IMG/VR virus record: IMGVR_UViG_3300025078_000019
Location: 1 to 25,882 of that record
Source: a virus
Taxonomy: Duplodnaviria > Caudoviricetes
Strand: one strand, 5' to 3'
Length of the DNA: 25,882 nt
Positions 1 to 9,485 of this stretch are shown in pieces. Numbering within the stretch: position 1 is the first letter of the stretch; the number at the start of each line of letters is the position of its first letter. The notes under the pieces are model-generated. The model was not told the origin of the DNA and did not search any database. It was given only the letters and a program-made list of their open reading frames with translations. Both the position numbers and the translations under genes were made by a program.

Positions 1-344
1 TCATCAATTGACCATCTTTTTTGTCCTTCCACTTTAAATATAATTTCAGTAGCTGTAGATGTATCTACATTATCAACAACCTCTACAGAAGAATCTCCTT
101 CTTCTATTTTGTCAGTATTACCTGCACTTCCTCCTGAGGCATTGATTGTTATTTTATTGGCTTCTTCAACTATAGAAACACCTGTGCCTGCTTCTATGAG
201 CGACTGTCCTGAAGAATCTTTTAAAGAAGATACTCTTATTTCTTCAAAAGAACCGCTAACTGAATTTATACCTTTCCATTTTCTGGTTGATATTCCTAAC
301 TCACCTTCATTATTTGCTCTAGGTACTAAATTTTTTGTTGCCAT
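1..344 (-). CDS. Partial CDS (runs off left edge), probable tail fibre / virion structural protein N-terminus
   Basis: Not in the ORF track. ATG at 344 gives MATKNLVPRANNEGELGISTRKWKGINSVSGSFEE...IEAGTGVSI...KIEEGDSSVEVVD..., open to the window edge. Gly/Ser/Thr-rich beta-type sequence; ATATTTAG motif at 377-384. Confidence 0.65.
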   Translation of the reverse strand, partial: MATKNLVPRANNEGELGISTRKWKGINSVSGSFEEIRVSSLKDSSGQSLIEAGTGVSIVEEANKITINASGGSAGNTDKIEEGDSSVEVVDNVDTSTATEIIFKVEGQKRWSID

Positions 345-437
345 TTTATATCTGACTCCTGTTTTACTTTTCTAATCTAAATATATACGCTTTACTGTTA
401 AATGTTGCTGTATTGTAAAAAATTAATATGACTATAC

Positions 438-941
438 TTAAGAACAAACTGCATTAGCTCTTGGCATAACATTACCTTCGCTATCAAATTCAAAATACTT
501 ATCTCCGACACTTGATCGATTAGTCATTGTATATTGAGAACTTTCTATCATATTACCGCTATCACCAAATATAGGACTAAAATCCATTGCAAATAAACCA
601 GTATCCCCGTCTATTATATTTGTTGGTATCAAATTGTTCGAATCGTTAATGTCTTCTTCCCACAAACTAGCGTCTGATTGCTCTACATATAGAGAGCCAC
701 TGATTACGACATCGCCGCCAAACAATGCTACAGAATTTGGCGTGTTATTTACTTTACCACATTTAGAGCCGCTAACAAATAAAAATACGTCACTGCCAAC
801 TTTTGTCAACATATCTGTGGCAGTTCCACCTGTATCATCGGTTGCGCTAGTCGATGGATAAACTAAAATTTGCGGTGAAGTAGCGTCTGCGCCTATAATT
901 TTAGTTGTTTTTATTTGACTACTTAAAAAATCTTTTGCCAT
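438..941 (-). CDS. Putative virion/tail-associated protein
   Basis: Likely start MAKDF at 941, 1 nt after the upstream stop. Contains FVSGS and ALFGGDVVISGSLY, typical of fibre-associated proteins of large phages; context supports this. Confidence 0.5.
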   Translation of the reverse strand: MAKDFLSSQIKTTKIIGADATSPQILVYPSTSATDDTGGTATDMLTKVGSDVFLFVSGSKCGKVNNTPNSVALFGGDVVISGSLYVEQSDASLWEEDINDSNNLIPTNIIDGDTGLFAMDFSPIFGDSGNMIESSQYTMTNRSSVGDKYFEFDSEGNVMPRANAVCS

Positions 942-942
942 T

Positions 943-1161
943 TTAACTTCCAATCACAGTATAGTAAATTGTTGCTTCTTCTAATTCACTTTTTTCTACA
1001 GAAAAGCTATTAGAAGTTACATTATTAATAAATATATTAATGTTTTTATTAGTAGTTATTTTTATTGCGGGTATTGTAGAATAATTTTTTTGAAAATCAA
1101 TTGTAGCATTAATATTATTACTAGGTATTATCACTTTTCCAACTTCATATTTAGATGACAT
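943..1161 (-). CDS. Small beta-rich protein (H-type-lectin-like), paralog of the upstream gene
   Basis: Likely start MSSKY at 1161. F.K.YSTIPAIKIT..NINIFINNVT matches F.K.YTEIPVIALT..NVNIFVTSLT in 1163..1492. Confidence 0.5.
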   Translation of the reverse strand: MSSKYEVGKVIIPSNNINATIDFQKNYSTIPAIKITTNKNINIFINNVTSNSFSVEKSELEEATIYYTVIGS

Positions 1162-1162
1162 C

Positions 1163-1492
1163 TTAACTAGCCTTAAATACTTGTATGTGAACTTTACCTG
1201 TGAAATTTGCAGAACTTTCAACTATCATACTTGTTGTTGTCAAGCTAGTTACAAATATATTTACATTTTCATCTTCTGGAGTTAATGCAATCACAGGTAT
1301 TTCTGTATATGTTTTAGTAAAACTATAAGTTTTTTGATGTTCATTAGTAAAAGTAATTATTTTAGTTTCTACATCAATACCTGACATACTTGCAACTTCT
1401 TCTTCAGAAAAACATTGTTTATAAACAGGCTTTACTCTTAAAAGAGGATAATTTTTTCGAATTCTATTGTGATCTTGTAGTTTAGATGTCAT
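1163..1492 (-). CDS. Small beta-rich protein (H-type-lectin-like C-terminal domain)
   Basis: 109-aa ORF tightly packed behind phoH; paralogous motif with 943..1161. Confidence 0.5.
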   Translation of the reverse strand: MTSKLQDHNRIRKNYPLLRVKPVYKQCFSEEEVASMSGIDVETKIITFTNEHQKTYSFTKTYTEIPVIALTPEDENVNIFVTSLTTTSMIVESSANFTGKVHIQVFKAS

Positions 1493-1500
1493 TTTTACTC

Positions 1501-2823
1501 CTATAAAAGCTTTGCTGCTGCATTTGCAAGATCAGATCTATAACCTTTTTCAAAGTGAACGTGACCTACAAGCTTTTCGTTCTTAAGTTTTTCTGTTACT
1601 ATTGTCAAACCATTTGAAAACTTATTTACATATGGTAAATCTATCTGCTCAATATCACCTAATAATAATATTTTTGAATTTTTTCCCGTGCGTGTTATTA
1701 TAGTTTTTAATTCGTGAACAGTTGCGTTTTGAGCTTCATCTACAATTATAATTGCATCATTGAAACTTCTTCCTCTAATATAAGATAAAGGTGCTACATC
1801 AATTGTACCTTTTTCCATCATCAAGTTAAAGTAAGACATATCTCCAAATTGATTCCTAAAATTGTCTACTATAGGTGACAACCAAGGCGCCATTTTTTCA
1901 CTTAAAGAGCCGGGCAAGAAACCAATATCTTTACCCACAGTTTGAATAGGTCTTGTGAATATTATTCTTTTCTTTTTTTCTTTTTCAATTTCACTTAGCG
2001 CTGTCATTAGCGCCAAATACGTTTTACCGCTACCAGGAACTCCAGTCATCGTCATCAATGATATTCTTTCATCTAACAAAAGATTTAGCGCAAAAATCTG
2101 TTCTTTGTTTTTAGCTTCTATTTTAGTCTTTTTAAAAATATCTTGCTTTGTCGAAGCTAGAACTAGACTGTTGAATTTTTTAATAGTTAAAGCTGATGAT
2201 GACTCTTCTTTTGATTTAAGGACAATACATTCATTTTCGTGTACTTCTGTAAGCGCTGGAACCTTGTATAAAGCAATATACTTATTATTGTATATGTCAT
2301 CAATTATATTGCTTTCAACTTCAATCTGATTAATTCCTGAATATGTGTTTTTGTTTATTAAAAACTCGTAGTCAGCATAATAATCATTTGCTGCTATGTT
2401 TATTGCATCACATTTTACTCTTAGATTAATATCTTTTGTAATTACTATAATGTCTTCATAATCATTTGAACTTTTCCTAAGATAGTTTGCTGTTGTTATT
2501 ATTAAATTATCATTTGATTTTGAATCTAGATTCTCTAATCCTAACCAACAATTATTTGTTTCTATTCTTATTGACGCATTTATTTCTTCAATATATATTC
2601 CCTTGTGCAAGCTACCTTTTTTTCTTAAATCATCAAGAAATCTATTGAAATATCTAGAATTTTCACCTAAAATTCCTTCTCTAGTCTTGAATTTGTCTAA
2701 TTCTTCAAGCACAATAAGTGGAATAACAATATCGTTTCCTTTTAAATTCTCTATACAACTTCTATCGTATAAAAGAACACTTGTATCAATAATAAACAAT
2801 TTTTTTGAGTTTTTAATAGCCAT
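1501..2823 (-). CDS. phoH: PIN-PhoH family protein (PhoH2/YlaK-like)
   Basis: N-terminal PIN motifs IIDTSVLL, VLEELD, ITKDINLRVK; Walker A GVPGSGKT; DIGFLPG, RGRSF, IIVDEAQN, GDIEQID. Confidence 0.95.
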   Translation of the reverse strand: MAIKNSKKLFIIDTSVLLYDRSCIENLKGNDIVIPLIVLEELDKFKTREGILGENSRYFNRFLDDLRKKGSLHKGIYIEEINASIRIETNNCWLGLENLDSKSNDNLIITTANYLRKSSNDYEDIIVITKDINLRVKCDAINIAANDYYADYEFLINKNTYSGINQIEVESNIIDDIYNNKYIALYKVPALTEVHENECIVLKSKEESSSALTIKKFNSLVLASTKQDIFKKTKIEAKNKEQIFALNLLLDERISLMTMTGVPGSGKTYLALMTALSEIEKEKKKRIIFTRPIQTVGKDIGFLPGSLSEKMAPWLSPIVDNFRNQFGDMSYFNLMMEKGTIDVAPLSYIRGRSFNDAIIIVDEAQNATVHELKTIITRTGKNSKILLLGDIEQIDLPYVNKFSNGLTIVTEKLKNEKLVGHVHFEKGYRSDLANAAAKLL

Positions 2824-2889
2824 TATAAAACCTTTCTTCCACTTCTATAATACTAATTATATCTTAATAATAAATAGAAAGGTTTTATA

Positions 2890-3135
2890 ATGGCTATTAA
2901 AAACTCAAATATATCTTGTTTCACAGCTCATAAAAATTGTGAAAAGTCTTGCGTCAATGAAAAGTGTAGATACTGGCATAACCTAGAAATGTCAAACAAC
3001 TGTATTATCAACAAAATTAATGAAAACAAAGATTTGACATTACAAGAAATAGGTGAATTATTTGACATCACAAGAATGAGAGTATGTCAAATAGAAAAAT
3101 CTTCGCTTGAAAAGCTAAACAGCCTACTTGCTTAA
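2890..3135 (+). CDS. Small protein with Cys-rich N-terminus and sigma70 region-4 helix-turn-helix
   Basis: LTLQEIGELFDITRMRVCQIEKSSLEKL matches region 4.2 (TLEEIG..F.VTRERIRQIE..AL.KL); five Cys upstream; AAAGG RBS. Confidence 0.8.
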   Translation: MAIKNSNISCFTAHKNCEKSCVNEKCRYWHNLEMSNNCIINKINENKDLTLQEIGELFDITRMRVCQIEKSSLEKLNSLLA

Positions 3136-3342
3136 AGTAAACTTAACAAAGTCTCCAGATACTGACTTTAAATACCTTAAACTTTTTCTCAGTCTTACGC
3201 CTGCTGCCTTATTTCCTTTGTTTGCCTTAAGAACATCCTCTTCCATCGACTCAATTAAAAGTCTTACTTTTCCATAAAACTCACTAATATCATTTGGTAC
3301 AAAATCTTCTTCAATTAAATCTGTCATATTATTTCCTTTCAA
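3124..3342 (-). CDS. Histone H1-like (Hc1-type) small DNA-binding protein
   Basis: KGNKAAGVRLRKSL signature of Hc1-like proteins. True start may be MTDL. Confidence 0.65.
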   Translation of the reverse strand: MKGNNMTDLIEEDFVPNDISEFYGKVRLLIESMEEDVLKANKGNKAAGVRLRKSLRYLKSVSGDFVKFTLSK

Positions 3343-3554
3343 ATTACTATATTTTCTTTTTCAATACCTTCAGGCTCGTTCTTTAGTACACTATTAATAC
3401 TTCTCATTAGATTAGTATCTTCCAATTCAAAAGAAAGAAGCTCGATTATCTTAATGATTTCTTTGTCATTTACTCCAAAGCTAACTATTTCTTTGTTTAT
3501 TTGTCTACATTTTTCTAACAATTTCAAATCATTATGATTTTTAGGATCTAACAT
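3339..3554 (-). CDS. Hypothetical protein
   Basis: 71-aa ORF abutting both neighbours in an operon-like run. Confidence 0.7.
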   Translation of the reverse strand: MLDPKNHNDLKLLEKCRQINKEIVSFGVNDKEIIKIIELLSFELEDTNLMRSINSVLKNEPEGIEKENIVI

Positions 3555-4028
3555 CTAAAAAAACCTCTGTTGAATTTCTTTTTTAATTGAGAAATTATTG
3601 CCTTTAATATAAAGAATATTATAAACTATATTATTATCAATTTCATTTTTGTTTAATATTATTTTCCCGTCTTTATTATTTTCAATTAAATGTTCAATAT
3701 ATTCCCATTCACATAAGTCTATATCATTCTTTTCTAATTCTAGAACAATTTTTTCTTTGTTACGGGATTCTAAGTTAAATTTAATATCTTCTTTTGTTGT
3801 TACTAAACTTTTTAGATTCTCGCTTCCCCACTTAATTTCACTTTTACACGCTTCATACACTCTATGAACAATATCACAATTATTACAGATTACATACTTT
3901 TCTTTTATCTCATCATTTTCATCAATTTCTGAAAATACTTTAAATTTATGATATAAAATCTGAGTTTTATTTTTAAATAAATTGAGAACACATTGACACT
4001 CAATTAAATGTTTTACATATTCAGACAT
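3555..4028 (-). CDS. Hypothetical protein, possible zinc-binding N-terminus
   Basis: CQC...CNNC...H...C pattern; overlaps the upstream stop. Confidence 0.7.
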   Translation of the reverse strand: MSEYVKHLIECQCVLNLFKNKTQILYHKFKVFSEIDENDEIKEKYVICNNCDIVHRVYEACKSEIKWGSENLKSLVTTKEDIKFNLESRNKEKIVLELEKNDIDLCEWEYIEHLIENNKDGKIILNKNEIDNNIVYNILYIKGNNFSIKKEIQQRFF

Positions 4029-5214
4029 TATTATCCTTTCTAATTGTATATCCTATATTTGTCAATGTTTTATATAGATTGTTAGACAACTTTTCAGATA
4101 TTAAATCTTCTTTTCTAGAATATATAACTTCATCTTCATCTTTTAAAAGTCCAAATAAGATACAACTATTGTAACATCTTATTAAACTTCTTATCTCTGA
4201 TATAAATTTGATCTTCTGTTTAGGAATATTGATTTCTACAATATTAGGCGATATTCTATTTTTTCTTTTTAGAAGATACTTTTTAAGTTCTTGGTCTGAA
4301 GTCTTGATCTGATCATTAATTTTTTTAACTAACATTTTATTAATATTAAAAATTTCTATATTGTCAGCCTGCAACTTGAGCTTTTTACTACTTGTTTTTT
4401 CAACTATACCAGAATATAGACTATCACCAGCCTCTAAAGAAAAAAGATCAGTGTCTAAGGCTTCTGATATGTCTTTTAACAAAAACGGATCTTCATTGTT
4501 GAATTTTGCTATATACGGATATACTAATATGTTGTTTTTTAATATTATGTTTTTCAAAGAATTTACAGCATAGTCTGATATTCCTCTACAAATAAGTAAC
4601 ACGGGCATTTTTTGCTCGTGACCATAATTTATAAGTGACATTATCTCCGACTCTTTTTCAATGTATACATCCATTACAGCAGAAATATATTGTTTTGTTG
4701 TTTCTTGTTGGTTTGAAAAATATATTCCTCTAAATTTTTCATGAATAGATATATTGAATTTCGTGTTATTTTTCTTTACAATTGTAGTTTCAATATTACT
4801 TGTAGTCTTGCATGACAATGTTGCATCAGGACCACTAAATTTTAGAATATTTAAAAATAAATTAGAATATTCTTTGCTTGTAGAAACACTATCTAGATAT
4901 TTCTTAAAGTTTTCTAGATTTGTCTCTGTTTTGACTTTTTCTTTTTTATTATTGTTACTGTTTAAAATGTCTAGAAGCTTTTCTACAACGTAATACGAAC
5001 TCCCTGGATATAGGTCTTCTGATTTTATCAAGTAATTAAACAAAATATCTTTGTACGGATTGTCTTTCAAGACTTCGAATTGCTGTAGTAGGTAAGTGTA
5101 GAAAAAGTTACTTTCATATACAGCGTTATTCGATATAAATCTCAGTTTGCTGTTTTTAAATTTATTATTGAATTTTTTTAATTTATAGAATAATTCAAGA
5201 AGTTTATTGTTCAT
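4021..5214 (-). CDS. Highly divergent chaperonin (Cpn60/GroEL)-like protein
   Basis: KESEIMSLI...KMPVLLICRGISDYAVNSL resembles the GroEL apical domain (KPLLIIAEDVEGEALATL); LKDISEAL resembles LEDIA. No GDGTTT motif. Confidence 0.5.
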   Translation of the reverse strand: MNNKLLELFYKLKKFNNKFKNSKLRFISNNAVYESNFFYTYLLQQFEVLKDNPYKDILFNYLIKSEDLYPGSSYYVVEKLLDILNSNNNKKEKVKTETNLENFKKYLDSVSTSKEYSNLFLNILKFSGPDATLSCKTTSNIETTIVKKNNTKFNISIHEKFRGIYFSNQQETTKQYISAVMDVYIEKESEIMSLINYGHEQKMPVLLICRGISDYAVNSLKNIILKNNILVYPYIAKFNNEDPFLLKDISEALDTDLFSLEAGDSLYSGIVEKTSSKKLKLQADNIEIFNINKMLVKKINDQIKTSDQELKKYLLKRKNRISPNIVEINIPKQKIKFISEIRSLIRCYNSCILFGLLKDEDEVIYSRKEDLISEKLSNNLYKTLTNIGYTIRKDNNV

Positions 5215-5678
5215 ATCTCACTTTTTTTTATTATATTATAAGCCCAATCTAAACTTTTGTTTAAATAAGAAGGTAATTTTTTTAATGCTTCTTCTTTTGT
5301 CAAATAGAAAAATTCTTGCTTGTGCTCATAATTATCTATTTCATAGTTAAATTTTATTTCAATACTTTCAATAGAATGTATGTCTAATTTAGCTAAAAAC
5401 AAAACTAAACCACTTCCGCAGATATGAGCTTTGTCTATCCTGTCTATTAAAAATCTATCTATATTTAATGATGTAATATTAACTTCTTCATACGCTTCTC
5501 TTTTAGCGCAGTCTAATATCGACTCATTAGCATTAAGGCCCCCTTTAGGAAAATCATATTGACTATTTTTGTCTTCCAAAGTAAGAAATAAATAGTCTTT
5601 TTCTAACTCGTCTATTAGTCCTTTTGTATTGTCTATATAACAAATTATTCCTGCGCCCGTAAGCTTTTGTTTGTTCAT
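5211..5678 (-). CDS. Nudix hydrolase
   Basis: Nudix box FPKGGLNANESILDCAKREAYEEVNI. Start MNKQK at 5678 with GAGG RBS, which avoids overlap with the helicase. Confidence 0.9.
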   Translation of the reverse strand: MNKQKLTGAGIICYIDNTKGLIDELEKDYLFLTLEDKNSQYDFPKGGLNANESILDCAKREAYEEVNITSLNIDRFLIDRIDKAHICGSGLVLFLAKLDIHSIESIEIKFNYEIDNYEHKQEFFYLTKEEALKKLPSYLNKSLDWAYNIIKKSEI

Positions 5679-5685
5679 TTTTACC

Positions 5686-7317
5686 TCAATATTCGTGATA
5701 GTTTTTAAAAAAACTTTCTGGAAAGAGATTTTTAGATTTACCCTTAAGTCTTCTCCAGTCATCATCTAATATGTATGTTACAGCTGTATCTTTTTCAGAT
5801 CTAATACTTCTTCCTACACTTTGTATTATAGTCCTTACAGTCTGTGTATCATACCACCAATTCCATTTAGACATTTTTTTCTTAGTTACTTTATCACCTA
5901 GATACGGGAAAGGTACCTTACATAAAATCTGGAATTTTGAAAGGTCTCCTTTTAAATCTACACCCTCTGACATAGAGGGCGATAATAAAACAGTCGGATT
6001 TTTTGAAGACATATGCTTTTTAAGCATCTTATCTCTATCATTACCATAAGCAATTAAAAGTCTGCTTTTATATTTGCGTTGCAACTTCTTATAAACACTC
6101 TCTGCTATTTTTATGCTATGTGTATGTATTATTCCTTTTTCGTTCTTGTGATTTTCAAGTATAGCATCAATTGATTTAATAATGTTCGGAAGTGTATTTT
6201 GCAAATTCTTATAAGACATACTTCCACACGAAGAAAATATTATGGGTCTATTATCTGTCGGGAATGGCGAGTCTTCTTTTATCGATACAGTTTTATCAAA
6301 AGGTAAACCTAATGTAAGACTAAATCCTTCATGCGAAATAATAGTTGCAGACATAAAAATAATATAGTCAGCATAGTCTAACAAATATTGAGTTGAATAA
6401 TGAGAAACGTCTATTGGCTTAAAAACAAATCTTTTACTGTTATGTTGTTTTTCTTCAATGTCAAATATCCAATTATCTCTATCATATAAACTAATAAACT
6501 GCAGTATTTTCTTTTCGTGTGCAGATAACATATCGAAGTTTTTTGTTATTTTTTGGAACTCTTCTAACTTATTAGAAGTTATACCAAACTTTGAAAGTTG
6601 TTTACTAATGAATTCACATTTAGACTTTACTGCTGGATAGTATATATCTTTAATCCATTTATAAGCTTTAAACTGTGTATTTAAATCGTTAGGAACCTTT
6701 AATTTCAATATTTTATCTGAAAAGTATGATGATATACTTATTTCTATGAATCTAGAAAACTCGTTTTCTAGATTATGCGCCTCATCAATTACTAACACTT
6801 TTTTGTTTGGAACTTTTTGACTATAATTCTTTTCAGTTAAAAAATAACTAAAGTTTGTTATACCTAACTCTTTTTCAATAAAGTCTTTCTTTTTCTTTTT
6901 ATACACACAATCATAACTACAATTATTGAATTTCTTAGGTAAACTATTAGCTCTTAACCCAGATTGTATTTCCTTACAAGAAGCTTTTTTATCATTCTTA
7001 CAACTATAGTTTGAGGAAGAATATAATGACACAAGGCCTGATGTTTTAGAAAAGTCTTTCTCATATTGATCTTGCAATATCTTCTGTGTTGTTAAAAAAT
7101 AAGCACCACTCTCAAATGTACCACTAAATTCTGAACTGTTGTTTATTGATCTTGCAATTGTCAGACCTATTGCAGATTTTCCAATCCCAGTACCACAGTC
7201 AACAATAGCATATTTCTTTCCATTTTTAAATTCTTTAAGAACTTTATTAATTACTCTTTCTTGCTGTTCTCGAGGTTTGTCATAAGGAAAATACTTATTC
7301 CAGTCATTATTATTCAA
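5686..7317 (-). CDS. DinG/XPD (Rad3)-family SF2 helicase with probable Fe-S cluster
   Basis: Q-motif PREQQ, GTGIGKS, four Cys after motif Ia, DEAH, MSAT, EGVDLKGD, KVPFP, QSVGRSIRS; TTG start. Confidence 0.92.
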   Translation of the reverse strand: MNNNDWNKYFPYDKPREQQERVINKVLKEFKNGKKYAIVDCGTGIGKSAIGLTIARSINNSSEFSGTFESGAYFLTTQKILQDQYEKDFSKTSGLVSLYSSSNYSCKNDKKASCKEIQSGLRANSLPKKFNNCSYDCVYKKKKKDFIEKELGITNFSYFLTEKNYSQKVPNKKVLVIDEAHNLENEFSRFIEISISSYFSDKILKLKVPNDLNTQFKAYKWIKDIYYPAVKSKCEFISKQLSKFGITSNKLEEFQKITKNFDMLSAHEKKILQFISLYDRDNWIFDIEEKQHNSKRFVFKPIDVSHYSTQYLLDYADYIIFMSATIISHEGFSLTLGLPFDKTVSIKEDSPFPTDNRPIIFSSCGSMSYKNLQNTLPNIIKSIDAILENHKNEKGIIHTHSIKIAESVYKKLQRKYKSRLLIAYGNDRDKMLKKHMSSKNPTVLLSPSMSEGVDLKGDLSKFQILCKVPFPYLGDKVTKKKMSKWNWWYDTQTVRTIIQSVGRSIRSEKDTAVTYILDDDWRRLKGKSKNLFPESFFKNYHEY

Positions 7318-7350
7318 ATTTAAGTCCTATATAAATTTAGAGGTATACAA

Positions 7351-7605
7351 ATGGTAAACGAAAACTTAACTAAATCTGATTTGAAAAAAATTAAGTCATT
7401 AATTAAAAAAGAATTAGATAAATTTAAAAAAAAAGAAATTGAAAAAAAGGTCAAAGACATTATCAAGTCTGAATTTAATAATGTAGAAAAAATTGACAAA
7501 GATTTTGATTCTAAAGTTGAAGACATAACTAAAGAAGTTATTCAAGCTTTTCACGATTTATTATATAGAGAAAAGTATATATTAAAAAGGAAGGTTAGAA
7601 GATAA
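7351..7605 (+). CDS. Hypothetical Lys/Glu-rich helical protein
   Basis: GAGG RBS before ATG; 84 aa; divergent from the helicase. Confidence 0.7.
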   Translation: MVNENLTKSDLKKIKSLIKKELDKFKKKEIEKKVKDIIKSEFNNVEKIDKDFDSKVEDITKEVIQAFHDLLYREKYILKRKVRR

Positions 7606-7622
7606 AAGTATTATAGAAAACT

Positions 7623-8068
7623 TTATTTATCATTTACAATTATTTTTGTCAAAAGATTTCTAATAACAACAAAGTTTTCTTCTTCATCATCATCTTCATT
7701 AAAAAAATTTGATGTATCAAAACCCTTAGCAGCTACAAGTTTCTCTGGACTTACTGATCCAGTGTCGTTAATTGTGCTTAACACACCTTTTTGCGTAGAA
7801 AAATCTCTCCCTAACTCTTCTTTAATTAGTTTTTTTTTACGTTATTTAATAAATTTTCTGAAATTTTGTTAATATCGTTGTTAGAATAATAATTTACTGT
7901 GTTATTTTCTTTAAAAACTTTTAAAATCCTTCTTACACTATCAATATTAAGCGAATTATTGTTTTTTAAACTAATTACTTCTTCTGTTAAATACAAAGAT
8001 TCAGCTTTGTCTAAAAATATCTCACAATTATCAACTTCGAGTTTTTCTACTAACAAGCTATTCTTCAT
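7623..8068 (-). CDS. Hypothetical protein, split by a -1 frameshift at an A9 run (7830-7838)
   Basis: MKNSLL (8068) stops at 7826 after GTA AAA AAA AAC TAA. The -1 frame continues for 68 sense codons (LIKEELGRDF...IIVNDK*) to 7623 and contains no ATG. Confidence 0.6.
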
Positions 8069-8342
8069 TATTTTCTCTCTTCTTATCTGAATCTTCGTCT
8101 CTATCAAATATTTCAACAGCTGCATTTATATATTTATCTAGCGCAGCTTGTCCTAAAATGTAACCAATTTGTATTATTCCACTTGTAATAACTACTGTTA
8201 GAAGGAACGTCAGTTCTTGAGTCTCTAATTTAGACTTTAAATGCATAAGCATATATATTATTATAATTTTCCAGCCAAAGTCTGCGATTAGATATGCTAT
8301 AAACTTCTTGCTCTTTAACGGCGTTTTATCTAACATTGTCAA
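8058..8342 (-). CDS. Small 2-TM membrane protein (holin-like)
   Basis: KSKKF followed by two hydrophobic segments and a highly charged C-terminal tail. Confidence 0.5.
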   Translation of the reverse strand: MTMLDKTPLKSKKFIAYLIADFGWKIIIIYMLMHLKSKLETQELTFLLTVVITSGIIQIGYILGQAALDKYINAAVEIFDRDEDSDKKRENNEE

Positions 8343-8403
8343 TATTGTCCTATTTAGTATATTATAAGAATAATTATTAACATAAAGGCGAAAAGGCTAA
8401 AAA

Positions 8404-8616
8404 ATGTCTTCAGAAAGAAAATATTTAAGAAACTTTGAAGAAGATATTCCTGACGAGCTTATTTGCCCTCTGTGTAATATAGACAATAAAGATTGTGAAT
8501 GTGTTAAATATAATTGCAAATGCAAAATTACTGCAACAAGCTGTATATGGCCTGATTGCATTTGCAGTAATTGTCTTCAAATGCAAGACAAATGTGTGTG
8601 TATAAATGAACAATAA
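8404..8616 (+). CDS. Cys-rich small protein (12 Cys; metallothionein/zinc-binding-like)
   Basis: CPLC, CEC, CKC, CIC, CVC motifs; AAAGG RBS; overlaps the cyclase start. Confidence 0.65.
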   Translation: MSSERKYLRNFEEDIPDELICPLCNIDNKDCECVKYNCKCKITATSCIWPDCICSNCLQMQDKCVCINEQ

Positions 8617-9475
8617 TTTTAAAGATGCTGCGGTAGAGAATTATATTGCAATAGTTCTTACAGATATTATAGGAAGTACTAGATTCGTACAAAGAAACGG
8701 CTCACATGTTGCTGCGCAGTGGTTTGGTATTCATGATAGATATGTAATGAGTTTTATTGCTAAACACAACGGACAGCTAGTAGATGCAAGTGATGGTCAC
8801 CTAATGTATTTTGGAACAGTCCAAGATGCTATAGCATTTGGCTTTGAATACAAAGCTTTCTTAAAAAAGAAAAAAATACCATTCCAAAGTAGAGTAGGAA
8901 TTCATTGGGATAAAATGCTTATTATCAAGTCTGAAGAGCATATGGTTAGAGCTGGTGGTAAGAGAATAAATCTTGAGGGAATAGGTAAAAACATTGCTGC
9001 TAGAACTATGAGCATTTGTGGCCCTAATCAAATATTGTTAAGTAAACCTGCTTATATTAAGTTTAAAGAAAGAACAAGTTCAAACAGGTTCATTCCAAAA
9101 AATGCAAAAATAGCACTTGCAGGACTATATCAATTCAAAGGTGTTAAAAAGCCAGAACAAATATTTATTATGGGTCTAGAAGAATCACACATACAACCCC
9201 CACAGAGCGGCGAAAAAGTTAAAAGACTTGGAGGCGCAAGAAAAATCAAAGTAAGTTTAAGAAATAAAACAATAAAAGAAGTATCATGGTGGATTTTTTA
9301 TAGGGTTTCAATAATTTTATCTATATACTTAGTTATTGGATTAATACACTCTTCAAATAGCTTTCATGCAAACAACCTGTTTTTCGTAATGACAGACATA
9401 GATTTAAACTATTATATTGGTTGGATATACACATTAATTTCATATTTATATGAAATATTAAAAGTTATGATATGA
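8606..9475 (+). CDS. Class III nucleotidyl (adenylate/guanylate-type) cyclase with C-terminal membrane segment(s)
   Basis: IVLTDIIGST (first Asp), SDGHLMYF (second Asp), RVGIH, NIAAR (N-x3-R), QILLS, YQFKGV; hydrophobic C-terminus. Confidence 0.9.
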   Translation: MNNNFKDAAVENYIAIVLTDIIGSTRFVQRNGSHVAAQWFGIHDRYVMSFIAKHNGQLVDASDGHLMYFGTVQDAIAFGFEYKAFLKKKKIPFQSRVGIHWDKMLIIKSEEHMVRAGGKRINLEGIGKNIAARTMSICGPNQILLSKPAYIKFKERTSSNRFIPKNAKIALAGLYQFKGVKKPEQIFIMGLEESHIQPPQSGEKVKRLGGARKIKVSLRNKTIKEVSWWIFYRVSIILSIYLVIGLIHSSNSFHANNLFFVMTDIDLNYYIGWIYTLISYLYEILKVMI

Positions 9476-9485
9476 ATGGGGTTCT

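Noticed and set aside
109-375. Plus-strand ORFs antisense to clear genes (109, 634, 1955, 2603, 3649, 4361, 4754, 5771, 6458, 7899, 15297, 15862, 16906, 18125, 18825, 20018, 20455, 20696, 21371, 21877, 23329, 24523, 25514) and minus ORFs 7320, 8425, 9458, 10801
   Set aside because: Shadow or out-of-frame ORFs overlapping better-supported genes; no recognisable motifs.
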